Shown here: positions 39,642 through 52,300 of the stretch, in pieces
Layout: every line of letters begins with the position of its first letter
Numbering within the stretch: the stretch's first letter is position 1
From: Podospora anserina
Lineage: Eukaryota
NCBI GenBank assembly: GCA_017654855.1
Contig: CM030333.1
Location: 992,001-1,056,000 of the forward strand
Length of the DNA: 64,000 nt
Reading direction: 5' to 3'
The notes under the pieces: model-generated
What the model was told of the DNA's origin: nothing
Seen by the model: the letters and a program-made list of their open reading frames with translations, nothing else
Databases searched by the model: none
Made by a program: the position numbers and the translations under genes

Positions 39642-39770
39642 CTGGGTTGCAGGATGCCATCAAGGTGCTGTTGTTTTGCTGGTGAATTTAATCAGTGACA
39701 AACTTGCGACAAACAACAAAAGACGAAACTATCGACTTTTTGATCGGCGACAAATCGGAGAGCAGCAAGG

Positions 39771-40609
39771 ATGGTCAGGAAACTCAAGTTTCATGAGCAG
39801 AAGCTCTTGAAGAAGTGGGTGGTGATGGAATGATCGAGAAAGGGAGAAAGGCTAATGTGGGATGCGCAGGCATGACTTTGTCAATTACAAGCAGGATAAC
39901 AAGCATCGGGATCATGATGTTTCGAGGTATGGATTCTGTACTGTGGTTTTTGATGAATTGGGGCTAATGGTTGGTAGGCGGTATATGATTCAGAAGCCGG
40001 AGGATTATGTATGTTTTGATGGCATCGAGGATCTGACTGTTTCGTTGCATCTGGACCATTACTGACCTTTTCAAAGCACAAATACAACAAGATTTGTGGC
40101 TCTCTTCGACAATTGGCCCACCGTCTTAGTGTAAGTTTGGTCTCCGAATGAGTGGACTCTTGAAAACCAGCATGCTAATCCTCGATAGTTGCTTCCACCA
40201 GATAACGAGGTCAGAAGAAAACACGAGACCCTTCTTCTGGACAAGCTCTATGACATGGGCATTCTTTCGGTGTGTGACCCCATTCCATGATAAAGCAAAT
40301 GCCCATACTGACTGGTGATTCCAGACCAAGTCAAAGCTGTCTAATGTCGAGCACAAAGTCACAGTCTCAGCCCTTGCCAGACGGCGGTTACCAGTCGTCA
40401 TGACCAGATTACGCATGGCCGAGACCGTCCAGGCTGCTACCAAGATGGTGGAGCAGGGCCATGTCCGTGTTGGTGTTGAGCAAATCCAAGATCCCAGCTT
40501 TCTGGTGACGAGAAGCATGGAGGACTTCGTCACCTGGACCGCTGACAGCAAGATCAAGCGGAACATCATGAAGTACCGCGACAAGCTCGATGATTATGAT
40601 CTGCTCTAG
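39771..40609 (+). CDS. IMP3: U3 snoRNP protein Imp3 (S4 domain; 6 exons)
   Basis: Five short introns removed give [18 protein letters not shown]..., [81 protein letters not shown]. Confidence 0.96.
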
Positions 40610-41193
40610 AGGGTTAAGGTACGGGTAGATTCGCTAGGAGCATTTGCATTTTTGGCGTTATTATGGGCGGATGATAAACTTGGGCGTTGACAAGAGTTTG
40701 CCAGTTTGGCTTTAATTATCTTGTGAGACAATCCGATTTGATTTGATGTTTGTGCTGATTCAATGGGTTGGCCTAGGTCCCTGAAGCGTACCTTCCATGC
40801 TAACACCAGGCCTCCTTCCCCTGATTGACCTGCCTTCGGGGCCCATGGCAAGATTGTTCGGCGCTCTTTCCATTTATCAGATATTTTGTGGGAGTGTTTG
40901 CCACGCAAGTGTTCGATGACGGCAGACCAACATTCAATCCCCTTGCTCTACACTTCTTCCAATTCCATTCATCTTCACCCCCGTTTAGTCTTCATTGCAT
41001 CGTCTTTCGTTCATGTCCTAATTCCTATACGTTATCTTCATCTCCTCCTCCGACGTGGACAGAGGCTATCCAAACAACCAACCAACCACCAACCATTCCT
41101 ACACCCTTCGCTGGTCCAGAAGCCTCGAGGCCATCGCCTCCTGTCCCTTGTTCATCAGACTCTCTCCCTCAAGTTCATTCCGACTTCACCACA

Positions 41194-44100
41194 ATGAATG
41201 CCAACCACCCGCCAGAGCTCCGCACTGGGCTGCAAATGAGCACAACCGGACCAGACGTACCTCCTAGTCCTGAGTCTTGTTGCTTCACTACCGCACCAGT
41301 TGGCTTGCCAGATTTCGGTGAGGGTGTCTCGACCGTGCCTTCATCGAGCAAGGCATACCAGGATGCTCTGCAGAACCTGTCGGCCAGCCATCCTCCCTGG
41401 CTTGACAAAGCCGCTCCTCTGTCTTACTTTACGCCCGGGCTTGTTGGGTCCCGTGAAGGCTCTCCGAGAAGCTTCCTGTCACATCCACCGGTACAGAAGC
41501 CTCTACCAGTCGTTCCGGAAACAAGACGGAAACCTGATCCAGAAGCTGGTCATTCTGGTGGTGGAATTCAAGGCAGGATATGCATCGATCCCCGAATGCA
41601 TCCGACGAAGGCCCACGCGAAACTTCATCATCCAGGATTGCTGAAAGGAGCCGATTTTTGTGATGCCGGGGTTGAATGCGCTCCTATCGAGCCAATCGAG
41701 TCACCTGAAAAAGACAAACGCTTGTTTCCGTTCGGCGATTTCTTTGATGATTCTTCAGACGAAGAAGGCCCCGTCGTCGGCTACCGCTTCCGCAGACTCA
41801 CTGGTGGTGACATTTGCAGAGAAAGAGTAGACGTCTCCAACCACAAACACTCTGGTCACAGCTCAGCCCTCAAAGTACGGCCTGCTCTGGGTGTCACGGC
41901 ATTCAATCTTTCCGATCACGAACAACGTCAGCCGTATCATGGGGTGTCAAAGGTCCGCACACTAGCTGATATTCCCCCCATCAAACTTCTTAATCCGCCA
42001 CTGGAAATACCGTTGCGGGACAGCAGCTTGGCAGACCCTGGCCAAGTTTGTGATGACCTCGCACCCGAGCAGACAGAAGCCCGTTCCGATTCATCCCGGC
42101 CCTCCAGCGAATATTCATCGCGCTCTAGTTCCCGGCATATAGGCGATATGTTGCTCTATGGGGAAGGGCCGCCATTCCATCAACGTGCAGATTCCGCCCA
42201 GTCCATGATCTCGGACGGGACTGTATTCAGTCCATTTGAATCGGGTCAACCTGCTGTAGGAGAAATCTTTCATCAAGACCGCAGTCCTATCCTGGACGAG
42301 ACAGCTGTGCTGAGCGATGCTGAACCGGCTAACGCACCTGAAGAGACGTTGTGGGCCAACGGCAGGTCATTCAGTCAGAATGAGGATCCGATACTACGTC
42401 CATTAGAGTGTGGGTTTCCCACTGTCCATCCATGCTCTTGTGTTGTGCCGAAGGTCCAGCCGTCTACTGAAGATCTTCTGGGTGTTGGGCTCCGTCCCTT
42501 GGTCGAGTCTCCAAGAACCAAGTCAAGTGCGGAGAGAAGAACAAGGAATCGTCGAGCAGAAACGGCGCCCGAGTTGGCTGCATACTAGGAATCAACGTCT
42601 GAGGTAGCCAGGGGCTCGGATGTAGAGTTGTCAACTGCAAGCAAGAAGGTTGGCGAGCTCCATATTCGTCATGATACTGGGCATTCTACTAACACCTCTC
42701 AGGCATCTTCTGTTGATCCTCGCCGTGCGACTACGACCACCGTTTCGTCAAACTCGGGGGATGGTCCTCGCTCAACCGGAATAACAACCCCAAGAAATTT
42801 GGACCTCAGTCGTCTGGCCTCGTTCTTCCGTGACCTCACCAAGCCGTATGAGACGTACCAGTCCAAGTTGACTGAATTACCCGCAAGGGAAAATACGGTA
42901 GAGTCTGTTGCGGGCAATCAGCCAACGTCTCCCGTCTCGGGAAGGATCAGGAACCTCACTGGTAATTCCACCGCGTCAACATCCTTGGATACGCGGTTCA
43001 AGCGCACTGTGTGCAACATGGAACAACTGCTCAACAAAGCCATGGATTTGGCAAATCAAGCTGTTGACCAAGATGACCACCAATGTCTCGATATGCTTGG
43101 AACAGTGGACCATGAAGCAGACTCTCACAACTCTCCACCAAGTGTGCACGAGAGCCTACCTAGCGTCTACGAGTCGAGTGACGATGAACAGCCGCCTCCT
43201 CCTCCTCCTCCTCCTCCTCCTCCTGTTCACAAAAGAACGATCGAGAAGGTTGCTACGCCACGTTCTTCGATCAAGCAGCCTCCTCATGTCCCCAAACATC
43301 ATAGGTCAGCTCCTGGTATGCGCAGTAGGAACGTCAGAATCGAGATTCCCAAGAGGGTCACGAGCCTCAGGAAGCTTAACGCTGGTATGGTGCATGCCCC
43401 ACTATCAGACCTTCAACGGAGTCGATTTCAGGAGTTGTCGCCCCCAGTGAGCCCGCTCACGCACGCCCCTTCCAGACCAGACGATCACGGCCAGACAGAT
43501 TCTCTATCTGAACAAGGCTGCATTTTGATGAGTAGAGGGTCCAAGAAGGTCAAGAAGTGTCGCAGTTGCCGCCGTCTTCCTTTGCTCAACCATCGCTTCA
43601 GCTTCTTGTGTGCAAAGGAAGAGGATGTTCCTCTTAAGGATACTCGTTCAAGACCTGATGCCAAGCTGCGACCCGCCGGAAAGTCAATTTCGGGAAAGAT
43701 ACGAAAATCAAACTCTTGGAGCTTCGATGGTGCTGTTGACCATCGTCCTGATGATTCAATGGAGGACAGTCTGCTCCATGAGACGGATGGAGCTGGGCCG
43801 TCGGCCGAGAGATCATATCCGGTCAAAGATGATCACTTTGAGCAAGATGATCCTCACCCCGAGAATGGTACCGACAGCAGACGCATCAACCTTCGTGGCA
43901 AGGCACACGTCAGTCTCAGAGGCTATCAGGGCTTCAGCCTCGCTCGTGCATATCGACGCCATCCCATTGCTCGCGACTGGTCTACGGTCCGGAAACGTTT
44001 TGTGGCGACGGTTGCATGCCTGAGTACGGCTGTCATTGGTGTTCTTATCGGCATCTATGCTGGTATGGTGCCTTCGATACAGTACATGATTGCTGACCTG

Positions 44101-46311
44101 CAACACTACGCCATTCTCGGCAATGTTTTCTTCTACATTGGTCTCGCCATCCCCAGCTTCTTCTTCTGGCCGTTACCTCTTCTTCATGGCCGGAAGCCCT
44201 ACATCCTGTCGAGTTTGGTCTTGGCTATGCCTCTCCTCTTTCCCCAAGCCATCACGGTTAGCCAGCCTCGGTCACCCTATGTCAGCACCTGGAGATGGGC
44301 TCTGTTGAGTTCTCGTGCCTTCATGGGCCTTACCCTGGGCTTTGCTAGCATGAACTTTCACTCCGTATTGACTGATCTGTTTGGGGCTTCGTTGATGAGC
44401 GGCAACCCGCACCAAGAGATTGTTGACAAGCATGACGTGCGAAGACACGGAGGAGGTATGGGTGCTTGGTTGGGGCTCTGGACATGGTGCTACACTGGCT
44501 CTCTTGGAATTGGGTTCTTGCTTGGGGCCGTCATCATTGACAGCGCAAACCCATCATGGGGATTCTACGTCAGCATCATCCTCATCATGTTCATCCTTCT
44601 TTTGAATGTTGTCTGTCCCGAAGTCCGACGCTCCCCGTTCAGGAGATCCGTGGCTGAGGTCAGAAACGGCAACCGGGTTTCGAGAAGGGTGGCCCGAGGG
44701 GAGGTCATGATGCATCGTGTCAAGGATGGTCCTACATGGTGGGGGCAAGAGGTGTACCATGGCATCTTGTTGTCGCTGGAGATGCTTCGGCAGCCTGGCT
44801 TTCTCATCATTGCGCTCTACACGGGATGGATCTACGCCCAGGTCGTCCTAATCATTGTTCTCCTGGGTGCCTTGACGTCGAGGTCATACCAGTTGAGGTC
44901 ACCGTTTGTTGGTCTCTGTGTCGCTTTCATTTCGTTCGGTGCTTTGGTGGCCATCCCGTTCCAAAAGGCGAACTTATTTTCTCGGGGTCGCCACCACCAG
45001 CAACAGTCAAATGAGGATACATTCGACAAGAAGTTCTCATGGACGTCTCACCTGCTGAGGCGGACAATTGTTTGCTTGGTGTTGCCTCTTGTGGGAGTCG
45101 CCTACACATTTGCCTCGACCGGCCCTCCGGTTCCTCTTGAAATCCCTACACTATTCGCTACGATGATTGGTTTGCTCTCGGGTCTCGCCATCTCAGAATG
45201 CAACGGCTTGATCATGGAGACATTTGACACTTCGGATCTTCACCCGGGAATGACTGGCCGGCCGCGTGGTGCCTCCAACAAGTCATCCAAACGCACCAAC
45301 TACTCGTCTTTTCCCTGCGTCACAGCCGGGTTTGCAGTTTGCCACACGATTGGGTTTGTCCTGGCAGCTGTGGCTACGGCAGTGGGAGGTAATCTGCAGC
45401 GAAACCTCGGTCAGCAAGCTGCAACTGGTGTCGTTGCCGGTATTCTGTTAATCCTGACGCTCCTTCTCCTCGCGGTTCTCATTCGCTTCAAAGATGTGCA
45501 AATCATTCCCGTTTCCAAGAATCTCGAGATGGAAAAGTGGGAGAAGTACCGCAGAGAGAGCATCCGCCGTCGCTCTGAAGTGTCCGCACCTGCCACACAA
45601 AACACCATGACCGACGCAGAGATGTGGCGGCCTCTTCTCATGGGCAATCCCTCTAGCCGCATGCGCCGTGTCAACATTCTTGAGCTGGGGTCCATGAGTC
45701 GGTGGACAGAGATTCGCAAGAAGAACCGTCTGATTGATGAGACGTCAGCTCATCTCAACCGTGCTGCTCTCGAGTCGGCAGCTACGGCCCTTGAGGAGAC
45801 AACCACTGATCTTGTCCGTCGTGTCAGCAGCCGGAGGAACAACCGGAGCCCTCCGCCACGGAGGTTTTTCACTGGCAGCCCTGGCCCTTCGGGGGTAGCG
45901 AGAAGTGAGAGTCCCATACAGCGGGCTGTGATGACGCCAAAGGCTATGGAGCTTGATTCCTTTATTGTGGTCAGACAACCACCTGTTGCTGCTACTGCTG
46001 TTCCGGCGAGTCCATCGCCACTTCCGGGCCATTCCAAGACGAGAGGCGCCGGTGATGACTTTATGGAGCGGGAGTGTGTCATGGGGCAGACGGTGAAGGA
46101 GGAAGAAAATGAGAATGGGGATGGGGCGCTGTTTGAGTCGAGTGATTTTTTGAGTTCGTCGGATGACCAGAAGGATGTTGTTGGGCGTGGTCGTGCGGAG
46201 ATCAAGGACAAGTTTGATGATGCGGGACATCAAGGTCATGGTCATCAGAGTCATTTTCAGGAGGAGGAGAGCGAGGGGAGGAGGAATGGGAATGAGATTC
46301 AAAGGAAGTGA
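41194..46311 (+). CDS. AMD1: Large MFS-domain membrane protein (AMD1-like) with one in-frame premature TAG at 42586-42588; predicted 1705 aa if recoded to Trp
   Basis: ORFs 40825-42588 and 42628-46311 are in the same frame, separated only by TAG; first ATG in good context at 41194; C-terminal half has about 11-12 TM segments with HPIARDWSTVRKR and PLPLLHGRKPY (DHA1-like MFS). Orthology to AMD1 is from recall, not searched. Confidence 0.8.
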
Positions 46312-49300
46312 AGACTGCCAGAAGGGGGTAGAGATTTTGTGATTTTATGGCCCTAGATTAGGTACCTCTATAAGTCATGCTCACACTTTCACGTTTTGTT
46401 TGGGAGTTGAAGAACCTGTTGCCTGGCCATGAAGTGTGCTCGTCAGGTTGCTCCTTCCCTTCAGAGCTGTTGTGGCTGCTGCTGGTCCATTCATGCTCAC
46501 CTAACGTGGAAAGAGGAAGGAGCGAACCAGTGGTTTATATATTAGGTCAACCATGTACTTTCCAACAGCAGCTCTGATAATCCAGCCAGGGCGCCACTTA
46601 TGTGGTCAGGACAAATGGTCAGATTGGAGGAGCTGCTGTTACCGCCCCCCGGTCCCCCCGCCGGGAGTTTGCAACTGATAGCTTCCGAGTTCGATTCCGA
46701 AGTAAACCCACTGAGGGTTTCGTAGCCGGCCACCCTCAAGGGTTGGCCGGTGAGCTTTTGCTTTAATTTTTTTTGGCGATTTCTTTGCGATTTCATTTAT
46801 TTATTGTTGTTGTTGTGTAGTTGCCTAGGTGGGTGGATACCTATCACATGGAATGGGACGATGAGACTTGCTTTGTGTGTATGGTGGAAGGTTTGAGAAG
46901 GGGTTTGTTTACTTTGTGATGAGGGTATTTTGAGAGAAGAGCGAAGGTCTTGTGATCCCTCCATCTCTTTTATTGCTCTGTTTGATTGAGCAGTCCATCC
47001 ATCTGCCTTTTGATCTGGTCCGTGACAGGGCTAACCTTTTGCTCTTGAACAATTTCATAGTAGGTGGTAGCCCTTTGTTTACATAGCTACTCCTAACCGT
47101 GGTCTGTGGTAAGGTTTTGTTGGTTTGGGAAACCACCACGTAAGCTTGTGGTTCAAACAACGTTTCATGTATTCATTCAGAGCCTGCCGTCATCTCCAAG
47201 GATAGACAGATGGGCCATGATATCACCCTTCCTTTTCACTTGGTACGTTTCAACACACACTGTGTAGAGCTAGTTCGCCAAATGTACCTTCTAGTCACTA
47301 CACGCTGAGTAAGAGAGAGGGATTCAGACGCCAGAGTTGAACAGCATGAAGCTAACATCTGCTCACACATGACAAATTGGCCATGTGTAAACAGCCAAAA
47401 CGCTCATTCGTTCATCTCGAGCAAGCAAGCAAGCGAGCTGGTTCAGGGAGCTAGGTATAGTACACCGCATCTTTGGTCTTGGTCTCGTCTTGGTCCTAGG
47501 TTTGGTTGGTTGTCTTTGTTCTTCCCTTCTTTCTCCATGCGGTGTGTCGTGTCTGGTATGCCATGCCATGCCTCTAGGGTCCTCATGATCGAGTCCAAAC
47601 GATCGGAAGGGGTCCAACGTCCGTTCACGCCCATGTGTTGTTGCGTCTGCTGTGTCCCCCCCTTTTCTTTCCAACCCCTGAAGTTGTCGTCAGCTTGCAT
47701 TCAGCGATTTCTTTCAGGGTCCAAGTTATTTTTTTTTCCCACCCTCTGGCCGGGCTGGCCTGGTTGGACTTGAGAGTTCGATCGATCTGGAATTTTAGGC
47801 AGGGTCCCTCACATCAAGTGGGCATGTCGTCATTGACCCTTGAATTTATCAAGGACGACCCTTGGGCTTGACATTCTCATGTTGAGTGGGAGGGGGAAAT
47901 CCAGGAATCCCATCATCCCGCCCGGTTCCACTAGGGACTGGCTTCCCTTGACTTGGCTGATTGGGTGTTAGGGATGAGATCTGAACCTTGGCTGCTGCAA
48001 GATCAAGGTTATATCGGTCCCGTTCATGGGGACACGAGGTGCGAGAAAGGCCACGAGGAGCTTGTGCCTGTGTATCGTGTTAGGTGTGATGAGGGTGGTT
48101 GACTGGACCCTAGGTGCAGATGAGGGTGGTCAGGTACGACTCTTACACGACAGTGTCAAGGGGTTTTCGAGTCGGTCTTTTGGCTTTGAACTCGGCGATG
48201 AGAGGGGGAGGGAGGGGGGGGATCCTTGTGATGATTTTCTGTTGGGAGGCATGTTGATACGTGCGATTTTCAGGGTCTGAGACTTGCAAGCGGTGTCAGG
48301 GACAGGATGGGATACGACGGGGGAGCAGGCCGAGTGGTGGTGGTTGACGTTGTTGTGATAATGGAATGTGTTGCTCGGCTTGACAGGGGTCGGAGACGAG
48401 GGCGAGGAGGGGGCCCGGGACGTGCTAGATGACGGTTGCAAACTTCCCGGAATGAAGTCGTATATAATGGGCAGGAACGGCCTCGATGCTCCTTCTCCCC
48501 AACGGATCGGACGGCTTGGCTTCTGAAAGGTAGTATTATGGAAAGAGCGATGCTTCTCCTGCCGTCATTGACAGCTGAGGTTGGATTCTAAGCCATGTAT
48601 TACTCATCAGCAGAGGCTAGAAACCGGAGGTCCCTTCTTGCAGTCGATAAGGCCGCACGCGAGTATCACATTGTGACATGCATCCTGTCGTACACCTTGT
48701 GAAGTTGTACACACACGAGGCCACACGGTCAATCAATGGCATCTAAAAACGCCCTCGCGGGGATTCGAAAAAGTCGGACCCTTGGCCTTGTTATGGTTGT
48801 AGCACCCCCATCGGAGTGTTCTAGAAGATGAGCAGCGTGGAGGTTTATTGGGTGCGGTTCGGATCTGGATATCTAATACTGCCTGAAACTGTTGTCAGAT
48901 ATTGCAGCGGCAAGTCAACGGCTAGGTAGGCATGCACGAATTTTCTACAGAGCTTGTTCTACTTGATCAAGTCTATCACTGGTTGATCATACGTGTCAAC
49001 CATCCATCCAGAACCTCATAACACCATGACTCCCTCGAGTAAACATCCCTCACTTGACAACAGCAGGGACCTACCTGTCAAAACTGCACCCTCCCGCGGC
49101 CCGATCTTCGCATGCCAAAGAAATAGAAACCCATGTTCACATTTCCTTGGTTTTTGTAAACTTTCCCAGTCAGTCCGGGTCTTTGGATCCGGCCTCTCGT
49201 TCCCCAGCTCACCCGCCGCGCCCGTCAGTCAAAGCCGTTGTTTTACTCTGACCCGAACCACACTGGAGTGCATATGTCTGATCCAGATCCAGGGACGCAT

Positions 49301-52300
49301 TACCCGTCCGCTTCCCAGAGCCGATCCGGGCAATTTGTTTCAATCTTTGGGATCGAGCGGCTCTTGGGGGTGCTTTTGAGACATATTATCGATTTAGACC
49401 GCCTTTTAGACGTCAGTTGTATTTTTCTTTTTCTTGCTTTCGGGGGATGCCTCGAACTTGGACACTCACGATACATACGACAAAGACAATACAACCATTT
49501 CGTTCACCGACATGGTAGACAGGGCAGATAAGCCAAAACACAAGAGAGGACCACAACAGAAAAGACAGCTTCTGGACCAGAGCAGAAACACCACATTAGC
49601 CAGCAGCGGTGTGTTTGGAATCGGATCTGCTTGGCTCCCTGGAATACATGTGCATAGGGTCCAGGCAAAGCCAAACCGCCGATACGTACTCTGCAGCTGG
49701 GACCGTCTCCCAGCTTTCCTGCGAGGAGTTTCTGGAAGCCTTGTCAGCCTGCAAAGGAAAGGCAACCCGTCGAGCTAACAGCGTCTTCCCTTGCGTCCCA
49801 TGACACGAGCCTGCCATGCTCTCACCAGTCGTCGGACACAAGCGAGACCCCTTCCAATATGGCAAATGCAGGTTTGGCTTCTTGCTCGCCGTCTTCCATC
49901 ATGTGTCATTGCGCGCTGATTGAAACACCCTATCTGATAGCTTGTTCGTCCGGTCGATTTGGACGGCTGATATAGGCCAACCTACCACACAGTGTATGCA
50001 GGCTGAGCCCTATAGCCAGAGCTGATATGTGATATCCTTCTCCCTTGGCTCTTGTCTCTTCCTCCTTTCCCGCACCACCAACACGGGGGGGCCAACGGGC
50101 AAACAGAAACAAATCGTACGCCTTGTCATGCGCGCGTGCAGCAGTAGTGTCATCTGAGGAGTCACACTCCCCCTTCACAATCGCAATCGACATCTCGATT
50201 CTTCATCTTACATTATTCGATTTTCTATCTCGATCTTACGATTTCACCCGTACCCGCCTTTTCAGCTGAGGGAGTTTGCTTTCCCAGTGGGCGGCTCTAT
50301 CCCTGACTTGGCAAGCTGCAGATTGCAGATGCAGCTGAGAGTCAAACTAGTAGCTCCAGATCGAAAAGAAAGTAGAGAAAGGAGGATTGGGTGTTCTAGA
50401 CCCGAGGAATTGTGTTGGTAGAAGACTTCTGAGCTTTCACTCAAGCCGGAGTAAGCGCCGTAAACATATTTCCAAGATTGCAAATGTTTGATGAGTGCAT
50501 CATCGCCTGCTTGGAGATGATATGATGCTCCTGGTACAGTATGTGGTTGCATTTACCCCGGCGGCGTGTTGGTTTTGGCAAGCTTTTTTCCTCCATCACC
50601 CACACGCCCTCCCCCCAAATGCGGCTTTTTTTTTCTCTTCCCTCCCACTCAATGCATGCAACCGACAAACTCCATCATCCCAGAAGTTCGGTCGGGCAGA
50701 AGTGGATGGACTCGGAATGATAGCCTGCGGCTCGTTGCGAGCACAGTGTGTATTTACTCCACAGATTTCGTGCCATTCCCATTCCTGCGGACCACCACCA
50801 CTGGGCAGAAACCCCGCACAGTGCACCTACCACCCCACAAGCCAGATCCCGTGACGTCAGTTGACTGACTGTTACGGTCGAGATTAGCGAGGGGAGGAGG
50901 GAGCTTGGCAGGTAGAGGTACTTCGTTGGCGGGGGGGTTATTAAATTCTCCAATCATACACCTGAGTTGCTTTCACGACAGCAATTCGACTGCGCCGCAG
51001 GGTTCAGTCAGCCTTAGGGGGAGGCGAATGATATCATTGATGATGGTTTTAGATGGATGGTTTAGAAGATTAAAAGCGGGGGGTGGAAGTGATTGTTGGC
51101 TTTGATATCGACAGCTGGACCCTGATCTGTTGGCCAAACGCTGCTCTCCAACCAGTGCGAGGGGTAACCGTTCCAGCTTGCGAGCAATTCAAAGCTGGAA
51201 TTCTTGGGACTAGTGTTTTAAATGCCAAAACGGTGTTGTCTGTCGGACTCCAGTTTATAGCTAGGCCCCGCCCGCACGCACTGAGAAGCGCTCTCAGCCT
51301 TGCCACAGTGCGGGCTGAGGGGGGTACCTCGAGGTACACAGGTATCCGGCCGCCGCCCACCAGTCAGCCACCTAGATCGATTTCCCGTTTCTGAGTGGTG
51401 AAAAAAGGGGGGGGTAAAGATCTGCGACCTGTCGATTGGAGCGGGCGGGTCCTACATTATGGAGGTTTTGACGGGGCCACGCGCGCGTGTGTGGAATCGA
51501 GAGAACACAAAGGTCTGTTGTGTGTTTGGCAGGTGATCGGGTAGGAGTCCAATGAGATCTCGATTAGATATGTAGAGGTTGGATTAAGGCAGAGATGTTG
51601 GGATTGGGAGGTAGGTTGACGATGAGGTTTTCGTTTCTTACCCTATGAAAGAAAAGTGACAACAAATCGGAAAGACAAAAACCTTCCTGCCAGGTGGGCT
51701 GACATTTTTTTTTTTTTTCGCTTGGTGGCAGAGTAGTATGGGGTGGACGAGATTTCTCTCATGTTGCAGCTGGAATGAATTGTGATGATGCAGCTACCCG
51801 TTTCTTGTGTGTCCCAAACCTACACAACCACTCACAAAGCGCGAGCCGATGATTATCCATCCGCTTCGTCTCTCTCCAAAACCAAAGCCCGGTTCTCGGT
51901 TCTCCACCATTATCGTTTATATTTTTTGGCGTTGCGGCCGCAGCTCGAGGTCTCTCTCTCTCTCTCCGTTTCTTTATCATTGGGTACCAGAAATAGTTGC
52001 ACAATGCTGCCCAAATTTTGCCTCCTTTTCTCTCCCTAAACCCGTTCCCGAACCGTGTGTACACACTTCCCGAGCATGTGTTTCGGCCCGGTAAAACGAA
52101 TGGGTAAGCGAAGTAAAATCACCTGATGGTCTCGGTCCGACGTAAAGGTAGCTTTTGGTTTCTTCTTCTTAAAGAGGGGGAGGAGAGCAAGCAGTTCCAC
52201 ACCCACACCGGCCGGACCGCGACTTGCACTGACTATGATGAGTTGGCAAACAGGTAAGGTGGACTTGTCAGACCGTTGCACGACCTTTTCTTTTTTGCCT

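Noticed and set aside
40825-41193. Longer TTG-initiated N-terminus for the MFS gene
   Set aside because: No ATG; pyrimidine-rich composition fits a 5' UTR.
42527-42588. Intron ending at the TAG (GTGCGG...TACTAG) as an explanation for the MFS in-frame stop
   Set aside because: 62 nt, would shift the frame, has no CTRAY branch site and is purine-rich unlike the other introns here.
46686-46702. GTTCGATTC B-box/T-loop-like motif
   Set aside because: Flanks do not form a T-stem or cloverleaf.
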